Shown piece by piece: positions 37,871-48,060 of a stretch of DNA of 64,000 bases. This DNA comes from Pyrinomonadaceae bacterium (GTDB taxonomy: Bacteria; Acidobacteriota; Blastocatellia; Pyrinomonadales; Pyrinomonadaceae): the NCBI GenBank assembly GCA_035761985.1, contig DASTQB010000206.1, forward strand, positions 14,343 to 78,342, written 5' to 3'. The first letter of the stretch is position 1. Each line of letters opens with the position of its first letter. Both the position numbers and the translations under genes were made by a program. Under the pieces are notes generated by a model. It had not been told where the DNA came from and made no database searches. It was given only the letters and a program-made list of their open reading frames with translations.

Positions 37871-40288
37871 GTGAGAGACATTCGCTACGGAATCAGAAGC
37901 TTGCTGAAGCGCCCGGGGTCGACGTTCGTCGCGCTCATCACGCTCGCGCTCGGCATCGGCGTTAACACAGCGATCTTCAGCGCCGTCGATTCGATCCTGC
38001 TGCGGCCGCTGCCGCACAAAGATCCCGAACGGCTTGTGTCGGTCTGGGAGAACGGCCTGAGTACCGGCGTGAAGCAAAACGAAGTCGCGCCGGCTAACTT
38101 CTTCGACCTCCGCAACCAAACCCAGGCCTTCGAAGGCATCGGAGCGCATGGTCCACAGGACATCAACCTCACCGGCGACGGCGAGCCGGAACGCCTTAGC
38201 GGAGAGTTAGTCACCGCGAATGTGTTTTCGATCCTCGGCGTCGAAGCCGCACGCGGCCGCACGTTTTCAACAGGTGAAGATCAGCCAGGCCAACACCGCG
38301 TCGTCGTCATCAGCGACGCACTCTGGCAACGACGATTCAATCGCGATCCCGGCATCTTCAATCGCAACGTCACACTCAACGGCCAGTCGTTTACCGTCGT
38401 CGGCGTGATGCCTCGCGGCTTCTTCTTTCCTGAACGTGAAACCGAGTTGTGGATGCCATGGGCCATGGAGCCCGAACAGGCCGCGGGACGTGGCGATCAC
38501 TATCTCCGACTCGTCGGCCGCCTGAAGCCTGACACAACCATCGAACAAGCTAACGCCGAACTCAACGCCATCGGTCAACGCTTGGCCGCCGAATACCCGA
38601 AAACAAACGAAGGCCTCAACTTCCACGCAAATTCGTTGCACCAGGACTACGTTGGCAATCTTCGTCTGCCGATCCTTGTGCTGTTTGCCGCCGTCGGCGT
38701 CGTGCTGCTGATCGCGTGCGCAAACGTCGCCAACCTCCTGTTGGCCCAGGCAACAAACAAACGTCGAGAGATCGCGCTCCGCATCGCACTCGGAGCGAGT
38801 CGCTGGACCATCGCACGACAACTGCTGATCGAAAGCCTTCTGCTCGCCGGCGCCGGTGGCCTTCTCGGACTGCTCGGTTCCGTGTGGGGTGTTGAGGCGC
38901 TTACAAAGTTAGTTCCCGAAAACCTCTCGAAACTACAGGGCGTCACCATCGATGCGCGCGTGTTCCTGTTTACGTTGGGAATGAGCGGTCTCACGGCGAT
39001 TGTGTTTGGCGGTCTGCCCGCGTTGCTGGCCGCACGTACGAGACCCGGCCGCGCTCTGAATGACGTCGCACGCGATCCGGCAGGCGGAACTTCAGGCCGT
39101 CATGTGCGTCGAGTGCTCGTCGTCTCTGAAGTCGCACTTGCAGTCGTATTGCTCGTGGGCGCCGGACTGCTGATTCGAAGCTTTCAACTGTTACGACAAG
39201 TCAACACCGGATTCACGACAGAGAATGTGCTGACGATGCGCATGGTCCTGCCGATGCCGAAGTATCGGACCCCTGAAACCCGCCGCGCGTTCTACGATGA
39301 AGTCCTGCGACGAATCGACGAGCTTCCGGCCGTCGAATCCGCAGGCATGATCACGTTTCTGCCGCTCTCCTTCAACGGCATGAACTTCAGCTTCTCCGTC
39401 GAAGGACATCCATCCGCCTCCGACATGAATCTCCCGTTCGCGATCTACCGCGTCGTCAGTCCCGATTACTTCCGCGCCATGGGTATCCCACTCCAGCGCG
39501 GTCGCTTCTTCGAAACGCACGACACTCCCGACTCGCCGCCCGTGATCCTCGTTAACCGTCGACTCGCGGAACAGTACTGGCCGGGACAGGACCCGATCGG
39601 AAAGCGAATCAAGATTGGACCACTCGACTCGCCTAATCCATGGCTCACAGTTGCCGGAGTCGTCGGCGACGTTCGCCAATCAGGTCTTTACGGTGACCAG
39701 CGCATGGAAATGTATTCGCCTTACGCGCAGGAGCGCCGCGCCTTCATCGCGCCGCGCGATCTGGTGTTGCGCACGAAGGGCGATCCGGCTTCGGTTGCAG
39801 GCGCCGTGCGGCAGGCAGTTTGGTCCGTCGACAAGGACCAGCCGGTTTCAGACGTTCGCACGATGGACCAGGTGTTTGCAGCGGCGATCGCGAAGGAACG
39901 TTTTCAGGCGTTGTTGCTCGGCATGTTTGCCGCACTCGCGCTCGTGCTGGCATGCGTTGGTCTCTACGGCGTCATCTCCTACTCAGTTGCACAACGAACG
40001 CACGAGATCGGCGTGCGCATGGCTCTCGGCGCACAACCGTTTGACGTGCTGAAGCTCGTCATACGGCAGGGAATGTTTCTGACGATCGCTGGATTGGTCG
40101 TTGGTATCGCAGCCGGATCAGTCGCGACGCGTGTGTTGTCAGACATGCTTTACGGAGTGACGACCACTGATCCGCTGACGTTCGTTGGTGTTCCTGCGTT
40201 GCTGTTACTGGTGTCGTTTTTGGCTTGCTACATCCCGGCCCGCCGCGCGACGCGGATCGATCCGCTCGTGGCGCTGCGGTACGAGTAA
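37871..40288 (+). CDS. ADOP-type duplicated permease, paralog 8 (GTG start, N-terminus shortened)
   Basis: 805 aa. (M)[36 protein letters not shown]; [44 protein letters not shown]; GLYGVISYSVAQRTHEIGVRMALGA; C-term [16 protein letters not shown]. No in-frame ATG upstream. Confidence 0.85.
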   Translation: MRDIRYGIRSLLKRPGSTFVALITLALGIGVNTAIFSAVDSILLRPLPHKDPERLVSVWENGLSTGVKQNEVAPANFFDLRNQTQAFEGIGAHGPQDINLTGDGEPERLSGELVTANVFSILGVEAARGRTFSTGEDQPGQHRVVVISDALWQRRFNRDPGIFNRNVTLNGQSFTVVGVMPRGFFFPERETELWMPWAMEPEQAAGRGDHYLRLVGRLKPDTTIEQANAELNAIGQRLAAEYPKTNEGLNFHANSLHQDYVGNLRLPILVLFAAVGVVLLIACANVANLLLAQATNKRREIALRIALGASRWTIARQLLIESLLLAGAGGLLGLLGSVWGVEALTKLVPENLSKLQGVTIDARVFLFTLGMSGLTAIVFGGLPALLAARTRPGRALNDVARDPAGGTSGRHVRRVLVVSEVALAVVLLVGAGLLIRSFQLLRQVNTGFTTENVLTMRMVLPMPKYRTPETRRAFYDEVLRRIDELPAVESAGMITFLPLSFNGMNFSFSVEGHPSASDMNLPFAIYRVVSPDYFRAMGIPLQRGRFFETHDTPDSPPVILVNRRLAEQYWPGQDPIGKRIKIGPLDSPNPWLTVAGVVGDVRQSGLYGDQRMEMYSPYAQERRAFIAPRDLVLRTKGDPASVAGAVRQAVWSVDKDQPVSDVRTMDQVFAAAIAKERFQALLLGMFAALALVLACVGLYGVISYSVAQRTHEIGVRMALGAQPFDVLKLVIRQGMFLTIAGLVVGIAAGSVATRVLSDMLYGVTTTDPLTFVGVPALLLLVSFLACYIPARRATRIDPLVALRYE

Positions 40289-40292
40289 AAAG

Positions 40293-40320
40293 CCGCGGAT
40301 AAACGCGAAGTACACGGATG
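40293..40320. repeat. Family B repeat (three units); the last unit supplies the start codon
   Basis: ccgcggat aaacgcgaag tacacggATG. Confidence 0.75.
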
Positions 40321-42753
40321 AAGATCATGAACAAACTAATACAGGATCTGAAATACGGTACGCGGATTTTACTGAAGCAACCCGGATTTACCCTCGTTGC
40401 CGTTGTGACTCTTGCGCTTGGAATTGGGGCGAATACGGCGATCTTCAGTCTGGTCAATAGCATTCTCCTGCGACCTCTTCCGTTTCGCGATCCCGACAAC
40501 GTGGTCCGCCTGATCCAGGCGAGTCCGAAACTGGGTCTCGCAACGTGGGGAGTTTCGCAAGCCGGCTTCAACGCCTACCGCGAACAAAATCGATCGTTCG
40601 AAACGATGGCGATTTACACCAGCAGCGCCACGAACCTTACCGGCGAGGGAGAGCCCGAGCGTTTACCGGTGGCGACTGTCACCGCCGACTTCTTCAAAGT
40701 CTTTGGCGTAAATCCACAACTCGGTCGCACGTTTGTCGAAGGTGAAGATGCAGCAGGCAAAAACAACGTCTGTGTGATCAGCCACGCGTTCTGGCAGCGG
40801 CGTTTCGGCGGCGATCGGAATGTGGTCGGCCGTATGCTCACGCTCAACAACACGCCGACAGAGATCGTGGGTGTGATGCCTGCTGAGTTTAAGTTTCCAC
40901 GCCTCGAGACGGATCTCTGGACGCCTCTCCCGTTCGACAAAACAAGGATCGCTCCTTACTTCTTCTCCGTCGTCGGCCGTTTGAAGCCCGGCGTGCCGCT
41001 GGCGCAGGCGCAGGCCGAAACCACTGAGGCGATTCAGAACTACGGGCGCGCGCATCCGAACGTGAGTGAATCCGTCGGGGTGAGCGAAGGTGCTGGTCCA
41101 AGGACCATCGTGACTCCGATCAGAGAAGTGATGCTGGGCCGGACGCAGAAGCCGCTCCTGGTTTTACTTGCCGCTGTGGCGCTCGTGTTGCTTATCGCCT
41201 GCGCCAACGTTGCAAACCTTCTGCTTGCGCGCGCGACTTCACGCACGCGCGAGATCGCGGTTCGCGTATCGCTGGGAGCGACGCCGGCGCGAGTTGCGCG
41301 ACAACTGTTGACCGAAAGCGTGCTGCTTTCCTTTATCGGCGCTATTGCCGGCGTCGGCCTGGCCGCGCTCGGCATCAGCATGCTTGATAAGTTGCCGATC
41401 GCCGGCATCGTGCGAATCGAAGAAGTGAGTCTGAACGCTCAGGTGCTGGCGTTCACGGCCGGGCTGAGCGTGTTGACCGGATTGTTGTTCGGTTTCATGC
41501 CCGCGTTGCGCGCGTACGCGATGGGAATCGCTGCCGGCATTCGTGAAGGCGCGCGTGGAACGATTTCGCATCGTCGTATGAACAGCGCGCTCGTCGCCGT
41601 GCAGTTTGCACTCTCCCTCGTCCTGCTCATTGGCGCTGGACTCTTGCTGAAGAGTTTTCAACGACTCGAGTCAGTGGATCTCGGCTTCAATGCCGACAAC
41701 ACGTTGACCATGGTCGCGACTCTCCCGCGCACAAAGTACGACACACAGGAAAAAGCATTTCGTTTCTACGGTGACGCACTCGACCGGCTGCGCACCTCGC
41801 CGGGAATCAAAGCCGTTGGTCTAACGACCAACCTGCCGTTCGGCGATGGCGGCAGCGTCGATGGTTTCATTGTCGAAGGACAGGAGCCACCCGAAGGCGG
41901 CAACATCACGCAAACCGAACAGGCGCAGATTCAGAGCGTGACGCCAGGAACATTTCAGGCGCTCGGTGTGCCGATCCTGCAGGGCCGCGATTTTCAATGG
42001 TCCGACAACACTAACTCGCAGTTCGTCGGGATCATCGACGAACCTCTCGCGCGGCGTTACTGGCCTCGCGGTGATGCTGTCGGCAAGCGCATTCAGACGA
42101 CTGGCGAACGCCAGTGGCTGACGATCGTCGGCGTGGTCGGCGGAATCAAGCATGCGAATCTCGCGGAAGAGAAGCAGCCGCACATCTACTATTCCATGCT
42201 GCAGAATCCGGCGCCGCGAGCTGCGTTCATCGCGCGCACTGATGGTCCACCCAAGTCGGCGATCACACCGTTTCGATCCGCGATCAGGCAAGTCGATCCT
42301 GACATGCCGTTGTATCTCGTGCGCTCGATGCCTGAAATCATCGGACAAACACTCGGCACGCAACGTTTGACCAACATACTGCTGACGGCATTTGCGATCA
42401 TCGCTTTGACGCTTGCGGCGGTTGGGATCTACAGCACGATGTCGGTTTACGTTGGTAGCCGGACGAAGGAGTTTGGGATACGGCTGGCGCTTGGCGCACA
42501 GCCGGCCGCGCTCAGGCGTGCGGTGCTGCGGCAGGGGCTGTTGTTAACGGCTGCGGGTGTGGTTGTTGGGGTTGTTGGTGCGCTTGCGTTGACGCGGACG
42601 ATCAAGAGCTTGCTGTTCGAGGTGAGTGCGACGGATCCGTTTGTGTTTACGGCGATTCCGGTGTTGCTGGTGTTCGTGTCGGTGCTCGCGTGTTACACGC
42701 CGGCGCGACGGGCCACGAAAGTCGATCCGCTCATTGCGTTGCGGTACGAGTAA
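40318..42753 (+). CDS. ADOP-type duplicated permease, paralog 9
   Basis: 811 aa (808 aa from ATG 40327). [44 protein letters not shown]; [44 protein letters not shown]; [25 protein letters not shown]; C-term [16 protein letters not shown]. Confidence 0.9.
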   Translation: MKIMNKLIQDLKYGTRILLKQPGFTLVAVVTLALGIGANTAIFSLVNSILLRPLPFRDPDNVVRLIQASPKLGLATWGVSQAGFNAYREQNRSFETMAIYTSSATNLTGEGEPERLPVATVTADFFKVFGVNPQLGRTFVEGEDAAGKNNVCVISHAFWQRRFGGDRNVVGRMLTLNNTPTEIVGVMPAEFKFPRLETDLWTPLPFDKTRIAPYFFSVVGRLKPGVPLAQAQAETTEAIQNYGRAHPNVSESVGVSEGAGPRTIVTPIREVMLGRTQKPLLVLLAAVALVLLIACANVANLLLARATSRTREIAVRVSLGATPARVARQLLTESVLLSFIGAIAGVGLAALGISMLDKLPIAGIVRIEEVSLNAQVLAFTAGLSVLTGLLFGFMPALRAYAMGIAAGIREGARGTISHRRMNSALVAVQFALSLVLLIGAGLLLKSFQRLESVDLGFNADNTLTMVATLPRTKYDTQEKAFRFYGDALDRLRTSPGIKAVGLTTNLPFGDGGSVDGFIVEGQEPPEGGNITQTEQAQIQSVTPGTFQALGVPILQGRDFQWSDNTNSQFVGIIDEPLARRYWPRGDAVGKRIQTTGERQWLTIVGVVGGIKHANLAEEKQPHIYYSMLQNPAPRAAFIARTDGPPKSAITPFRSAIRQVDPDMPLYLVRSMPEIIGQTLGTQRLTNILLTAFAIIALTLAAVGIYSTMSVYVGSRTKEFGIRLALGAQPAALRRAVLRQGLLLTAAGVVVGVVGALALTRTIKSLLFEVSATDPFVFTAIPVLLVFVSVLACYTPARRATKVDPLIALRYE

Positions 42754-42781
42754 CCACAGATTTTCACAGATAAACACGGAT
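42754..42781. repeat. Family B repeat (three units)
   Basis: ccacagat tttcacagat aaacacggat. Confidence 0.75.
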
Positions 42782-42787
42782 AAGAAC

Positions 42788-45388
42788 ATGCACACACTCT
42801 TACAGGATTTACGGTACGGGTTCCGGATGTTGCTCAAGCAGAAGGGACTGACGGCGGTGGCGCTGCTTTCGCTCGCGCTTGGAATTGGGGCGAATACGGC
42901 GTTGTTCAGCATCGTCGATGCGATGTTGTTGAAGATGTTGCCCGTCAAAGAGCCGGAGCGGCTGGTCCTATTTAAAGCGGTTGCGTCGAAGGAGTTCAGC
43001 GCGGGCAGTTACAACGGCAGCATGAACACCGATCCCCAGACCGGGCTCCGCCATATGACTTCGTTTGCGTCCCAGAGCTACCAGCGCATGCGCGAACAGG
43101 CCGGACCACTGGCAGACATCTTTGCGTTCGGCAACGTCGGATTAAACGTGACTGCCGACGGCCAGGCCGATGGAGCCTCGGGACAGGCCGTGTCGGGAAA
43201 TTATTTCACGGCCCTCGGTGTGCAGCCTGCCGCCGGTCGCATGTTCACGGATGAAGACGACAAACCATCCGCAACTCCCGTCGTCGTCCTCAGCCATCGC
43301 TACTGGCAGAAGCGTTTCAGCGGCGACCAGAGCATCGTCGGTAAGCAGATCAATCTCAACAACGTTCCGTTCACAGTCGTCGGCGTTTCCGCAAAAGGTT
43401 TTGACGGCACGGGCGGCGTGGGCAGCAGTCAGGACGTGACCATCCCGCTCGCGTTTGAACCGCAGCTTTACGTGGATAAGCAACGCTCGTATCAAAGTGG
43501 TGCCGGTGTCTGGTGGTTACGCATCATGGGGCGTTTGAAACCAGGCGTCACGCCGGAGCAGGCCCAGGCGCAGTTGGAAACTGCTTTTCACCAGTCGGTG
43601 ACGGAGCACCGCGCGGCGCGACAGGCCGCTGCGAAAGCAAGCGGTGGAAACGTAATCGGCAATCTCGATCCGACACAGTACCCGCGTCTCTATGCCGATC
43701 CCGGCGGACAGGGCGAGATGCTCAGGCGAAGGTATTATGCGCCGTCGTTGTATCTGCTGTTGGGAGTGGTGGGCCTGGTGCTGTTGATTGCGTGCGCAAA
43801 CGTTGCCAACCTGCTGCTCTCGCGTGCGGCAGGACGGCAAAAAGAGATCGGTTTACGTTTGGCCCTCGGCGCAAGCCGCTGGCGACTCATCCGCCAACTA
43901 TTGACCGAGAGCGTTCTGCTTTCACTTCTCGGTGGACTGTTAGGAATTCTTTTTGCCCTCTGGATCAAAGACGGGTTGCTTGCGGTTGAGGGTTGGGGTG
44001 GTAGTGGACTCAGTGCGCTCGAACCACAACTCGACTGGCGCGTGCTCGGTTTCACGATCGGCCTCTCGTTACTCACCGGAATCGTTTTCGGACTCGCACC
44101 GGCATGGCGGACGACGCGGGTTGACGTCACACCGTCGTTGAAAGAGAGCGGGCGGAGTTCGAGCAGCGTTCATCGTTCGCTGCTGAGTCGCGGCCTCGTC
44201 GTGGTCCAGGTTGCACTGTCGTTGCTGCTGCTGGTCGGCGCTGGACTGTTTGTTCGCACGCTGATCAACCTGCAACGCGTCGATCCGGGTTTCAATACGC
44301 AGAACCTGTTGCTGTTTGAAGTTCAGCCCTCTTTGATCGGTTACAAAGATGAAAAGCTGAGACAGGTTTACGAGCAGATAGGCCAGCGCATTGAAGCTGT
44401 CCCCGGCGTGCAGGCGGTAACCTTCTCGCGCGTGCCGCTGCTTTCACAAAGCTCGAGTTCGAGCAGCATGTTTTTGCGCGAAGCTCTGAACGCCACACCT
44501 GATTCTGAAGGTCGCCTGACGCCGACCGGAGACGTCTACCGTCACACAGTGCGCGAAAACTTCCTCGAAGCGATGGGCATTCCACTGCTCTCAGGCCGCA
44601 CGCTAACCGCGCAGGACGACGCGAAGTCTCCGCGCGTTGCGGTAGTGAATCAAACATTCGCGAACCAGTTTTTCCCGGGCGAGAACGCAGTCGGAAAACG
44701 CTTCACGTTAGATACTTCCAAACCCGACGAGATCGAGATCGTCGGCATCAGCAAAGACGCGAAGTACACGAGCCAACGCGACGAGGTGCCGCCGACTATG
44801 TACGCGTCGTACCGGCAGGACCGTCCCCTCGGCGCCGCGACGTTCGAAGTGCGCACGGCCGGCGATCCAAATGGCATCGTTGCTTCGGTGCGCAATGCCG
44901 TGCGCGACGTCGATACAAACCTGCCGCTGTTGAACATCAAGACGCAGGTCGAGCAAGCGGATGAAACACTGCGAATGGAGCGTTTGTTCGCAAAGCTCGT
45001 GACGCTGTTTGCCGTGCTGGCCCAGCAACTCGCGGCCATCGGACTCTTCGGCGTGCTGGCTTACACCGTCTCGCAACGCACGCACGAGATCGGAATTCGA
45101 ATGGCGCTCGGCGCGGATCGCGGCAGCGTGCTCAGGATGATCCTGAAGCAGGGAATGACGCTCGTGGTGCTTGGCGTGGTCCTTGGACTGGTCGGCGCGT
45201 ACGTGCTGACGAAGTATCTCGAGAGTTGGATCAGTCTTTCGAAGATGTTGTTTGGCGTGAAGGTTTCTGATCCGCTGACCTACGGTGCGATCGCAGTGTT
45301 GCTGACGATCGTGGCGTTGATCGCCTGTTACATACCGGCGCGACGCGCAACAAAAGTCGATCCACTCGTTGCGCTTCGCTATGAATAA
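42788..45388 (+). CDS. ADOP-type duplicated permease, paralog 10 (largest; long periplasmic domain subtype)
   Basis: 866 aa from ATG 42788. [41 protein letters not shown]; [44 protein letters not shown]; [25 protein letters not shown]; C-term [16 protein letters not shown]. The track start 42626 overlaps paralog 9 and is rejected. Confidence 0.9.
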   Translation: MHTLLQDLRYGFRMLLKQKGLTAVALLSLALGIGANTALFSIVDAMLLKMLPVKEPERLVLFKAVASKEFSAGSYNGSMNTDPQTGLRHMTSFASQSYQRMREQAGPLADIFAFGNVGLNVTADGQADGASGQAVSGNYFTALGVQPAAGRMFTDEDDKPSATPVVVLSHRYWQKRFSGDQSIVGKQINLNNVPFTVVGVSAKGFDGTGGVGSSQDVTIPLAFEPQLYVDKQRSYQSGAGVWWLRIMGRLKPGVTPEQAQAQLETAFHQSVTEHRAARQAAAKASGGNVIGNLDPTQYPRLYADPGGQGEMLRRRYYAPSLYLLLGVVGLVLLIACANVANLLLSRAAGRQKEIGLRLALGASRWRLIRQLLTESVLLSLLGGLLGILFALWIKDGLLAVEGWGGSGLSALEPQLDWRVLGFTIGLSLLTGIVFGLAPAWRTTRVDVTPSLKESGRSSSSVHRSLLSRGLVVVQVALSLLLLVGAGLFVRTLINLQRVDPGFNTQNLLLFEVQPSLIGYKDEKLRQVYEQIGQRIEAVPGVQAVTFSRVPLLSQSSSSSSMFLREALNATPDSEGRLTPTGDVYRHTVRENFLEAMGIPLLSGRTLTAQDDAKSPRVAVVNQTFANQFFPGENAVGKRFTLDTSKPDEIEIVGISKDAKYTSQRDEVPPTMYASYRQDRPLGAATFEVRTAGDPNGIVASVRNAVRDVDTNLPLLNIKTQVEQADETLRMERLFAKLVTLFAVLAQQLAAIGLFGVLAYTVSQRTHEIGIRMALGADRGSVLRMILKQGMTLVVLGVVLGLVGAYVLTKYLESWISLSKMLFGVKVSDPLTYGAIAVLLTIVALIACYIPARRATKVDPLVALRYE

Positions 45389-45420
45389 ACCGCGGATGAC
45401 ACGGATAGAGGACACGGATG
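45389..45420. repeat. Family B repeat (three units); the last unit supplies the start codon
   Basis: accgcggat gacacggat agaggacacggATG. Confidence 0.75.
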
Positions 45421-47904
45421 ATTGCGGAAATAGTTAATGATGTCCGGTACGCACTGCGGATGCTTACGAAGAATCCGGCGTTTACGGCGGTAGTTGTGCT
45501 CACCCTCGCACTCGGTATCGGCGCGAATGCAGCAATGTTTTCGTTGCTCGACAGAGTGCTGTTGCAAAGTCTTCCGGTTGCGAACCCTGATCAACTTGCG
45601 GTGCTTTCCGCCTACCAGCCAACGCAGGGTCTGAACAGCGATAGCTCCTTTTCCTATCCGATGTACCAGGATCTGCGCGATCGAAACTCGGCCTTCTCGG
45701 GCGTCATAGCGCGTGGCGGTGCGCAAATGAATGTGAGTTACGGCGATCAAACGGAACGCGTTCGCGGCGAGCTCGTCAGTGGAAACTTCTTTGAGGTGCT
45801 CGGCGTTCGCCCGTGGGCCGGCAGGTTGTTTACACAGGACGACGATCGCACTCCCGGCGCTCATCCCGTCGTCGTGCTGAGTTACAAATTCTGGGAGAGT
45901 AGGTTCAACAAAGATCCGGACCTGATCGGCAAGACCATTCTCGTCAATGAAACCCCGCTAACTGTGCTCGGCGTGACGCCGCCGGGTTTCTTTGGCATCA
46001 ACCTTTCCAACAATGCCGACGTGCGCGTGCCATTGATGATGACTCCCGTCTTCAATCCACAGCCGCCGACGCGTCTGCAAAGCCGCCGTCACCTATGGTT
46101 GAACGTGATGGCGCGTCGAAAGGCGGATGTCAGTCCCGAACAGGCGGTCGCATCACTCAACGTTACTTATCAGCAGATCCGGGAACTGGAAGCACAGGAG
46201 TTATCAGCGGCCTTCCCGAAGTTTAACCAAGAACGGTTTATGGCGGGCCGCATCGCGGTCTTGCCGGGTGATCAGGGTCTTACTCATCTTCAGACCGAGC
46301 TCAGCACGTCGCTGTGGTTACTCTTCGGTGCGACGTGCGCGGTGCTGCTAATCCTTTGTGCAAACCTTGCCAACCTGATGATGGCCCGCGCGACTGTGCG
46401 CGCACAGGAAATGGCTGTTCGTCTCGCGCTTGGCGCCGGACGTTTGCGTTTGATGCGGCAATGGCTGACTGAAGGCGTTGTGCTCGCGTTGATGGGTGGC
46501 GTTGCCGGAGTTTTTATCGCGCTCTGGATCAAGGTCGGATTGATGGCGTTTATTCCGCCTGACTATCGACCGAACCTCAGTTCGTCTTTCGACTGGCGTT
46601 TGTATTTGTTCGTTTTAGGTGTTTCGGTTCTGCTCGGCGTTGCGTTCAGTTTGGCGCCGGCTGTTCAAGCTGCGCGCCACGTGTTGGCACCGGGCCTGCG
46701 GCTGGAGTCGCGCAGCTTCACTTCGGGTGGGAAACTTCTGAGTTTGCGCAGCGCGTTGATCCTGGTCCAGGTCGCACTCTCGCTGCCTCTGCTCGTGAGT
46801 GCTGCGCTCCTGGTTAAATCACTGCAAAACCTGCGCGCGCTCGACACCGGTTTTGGCAAAGAGAATGTGCTATTTGCCACTGTCAATCCCGCGCTCAATG
46901 GGTATTCAAAGGAAAGGACCGCGGCGTTTTATGATGAACTTCTGACCAGAACACGCGCGCTGCCGGGAGTGAAATTTGCAAGTCTCGGATCCGACTCACC
47001 TGTTTCAGGAAATTCTGATCAAAACGTCATCGTCGTCGAGGGCTACACGCCGCGCGAAGGCGAGCGAATGGTTGCGGACGCAACTTACGTCTCGCCCGAC
47101 TATTTCAAATCACTCGAAATTCCTTTGCTGGCAGGTCGTGACTTTGACGATCGCGATCGTCAGGGCGCGGAGAAGGTCGTCATCGTCAACGAGAAGCTTG
47201 CGAAGTATTACTTCGGCGCCACGAACGTCGTGGGTAAGCGAATCGGTCTCGGCGACGTTCCCGATCGCACGATCGTCGGCGTCGTCAAAGACGCGCAGTA
47301 CGTAAACCTGCGTGAAGAGATTCGACGCCATTTTTATATTCCGACCACGCAGGAAGAGCTGCTTTCAAATCTGACGCTGCACGTCAAAACCACGACTGAG
47401 CCTTCGGTCGTCGCGGAACAGTTGCGCGCAGAGTTGAAGGCACTCGATCCGCGTCTTCCGCTTTACAACATTAAGACGCTTGCAACTGAGATTGACGAAT
47501 CGCTGGTGCAGGAACGCTTGGTCACGTGGCTGTGCGCGGCGTTTGGTGTTTTGGCGACGTTGCTGACGGCGCTCGGGCTTTACGGCGTGTTGACGTTCTC
47601 CGTTGCGCGTCGAACGCGTGAGATCGGGATCCGTGTTGCACTGGGCGCACAACGGCGTGACGTGTTCCGGCTGATCATGGTGCGCGGCGTGATCCTCGTT
47701 GGCATTGGCGTGGTGATTGGTGTTGCTGCGTCGATCGCGTTTTCGCGTTTCATCAGTGCGTTGCTTTTTGGGGTTGCGCCTAACAGCGTGACGACGCTCG
47801 TTGGTGTTTCGGTCGGATTGGTCGCGGTTGCGTTGCTGGCCTGTTACATCCCTGCGCGGCGCGCGACAAAAGTCGATCCGCTCGTTGCGCTTCGATACGA
47901 ATAA
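45418..47904 (+). CDS. ADOP-type duplicated permease, paralog 11 (long periplasmic domain subtype)
   Basis: 828 aa. [42 protein letters not shown]; LLILCANLANLMMARATVRAQEMAVRLALGAGRLRLMRQWLTEG; GLYGVLTFSVARRTREIGIRVALGA; C-term [16 protein letters not shown]. Confidence 0.9.
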   Translation: MIAEIVNDVRYALRMLTKNPAFTAVVVLTLALGIGANAAMFSLLDRVLLQSLPVANPDQLAVLSAYQPTQGLNSDSSFSYPMYQDLRDRNSAFSGVIARGGAQMNVSYGDQTERVRGELVSGNFFEVLGVRPWAGRLFTQDDDRTPGAHPVVVLSYKFWESRFNKDPDLIGKTILVNETPLTVLGVTPPGFFGINLSNNADVRVPLMMTPVFNPQPPTRLQSRRHLWLNVMARRKADVSPEQAVASLNVTYQQIRELEAQELSAAFPKFNQERFMAGRIAVLPGDQGLTHLQTELSTSLWLLFGATCAVLLILCANLANLMMARATVRAQEMAVRLALGAGRLRLMRQWLTEGVVLALMGGVAGVFIALWIKVGLMAFIPPDYRPNLSSSFDWRLYLFVLGVSVLLGVAFSLAPAVQAARHVLAPGLRLESRSFTSGGKLLSLRSALILVQVALSLPLLVSAALLVKSLQNLRALDTGFGKENVLFATVNPALNGYSKERTAAFYDELLTRTRALPGVKFASLGSDSPVSGNSDQNVIVVEGYTPREGERMVADATYVSPDYFKSLEIPLLAGRDFDDRDRQGAEKVVIVNEKLAKYYFGATNVVGKRIGLGDVPDRTIVGVVKDAQYVNLREEIRRHFYIPTTQEELLSNLTLHVKTTTEPSVVAEQLRAELKALDPRLPLYNIKTLATEIDESLVQERLVTWLCAAFGVLATLLTALGLYGVLTFSVARRTREIGIRVALGAQRRDVFRLIMVRGVILVGIGVVIGVAASIAFSRFISALLFGVAPNSVTTLVGVSVGLVAVALLACYIPARRATKVDPLVALRYE

Positions 47905-47909
47905 AGATT

Positions 47910-48044
47910 TTGCTCCGTAGGAGCAACATGTTTATAGCCTAAGAGCTGAAACGTCTGCGCTCCGTAGGAGCGCCATGTCGCTCCTCTGGAGCGAAAGAGG
48001 AAATTTAATTACGAAGCTATAAACATGCTGCTCCTACGGAGCAA
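47910..48044. repeat. 135-bp element bounded by 29-bp inverted repeats (1 mismatch) with internal GCTCC-N3-GGAGC hairpins; MITE/REP-like
   Basis: Left ttgctccgtaggagcaacatgtttatagc (47910-47938). Right gctataaacatgctgctcctacggagcaa (48016-48044). Internal palindromes gcgctcc-gta-ggagcgc and cgctcc-tct-ggagcg. Confidence 0.75.
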
Positions 48045-48060
48045 GATCAGGATTTAAATT

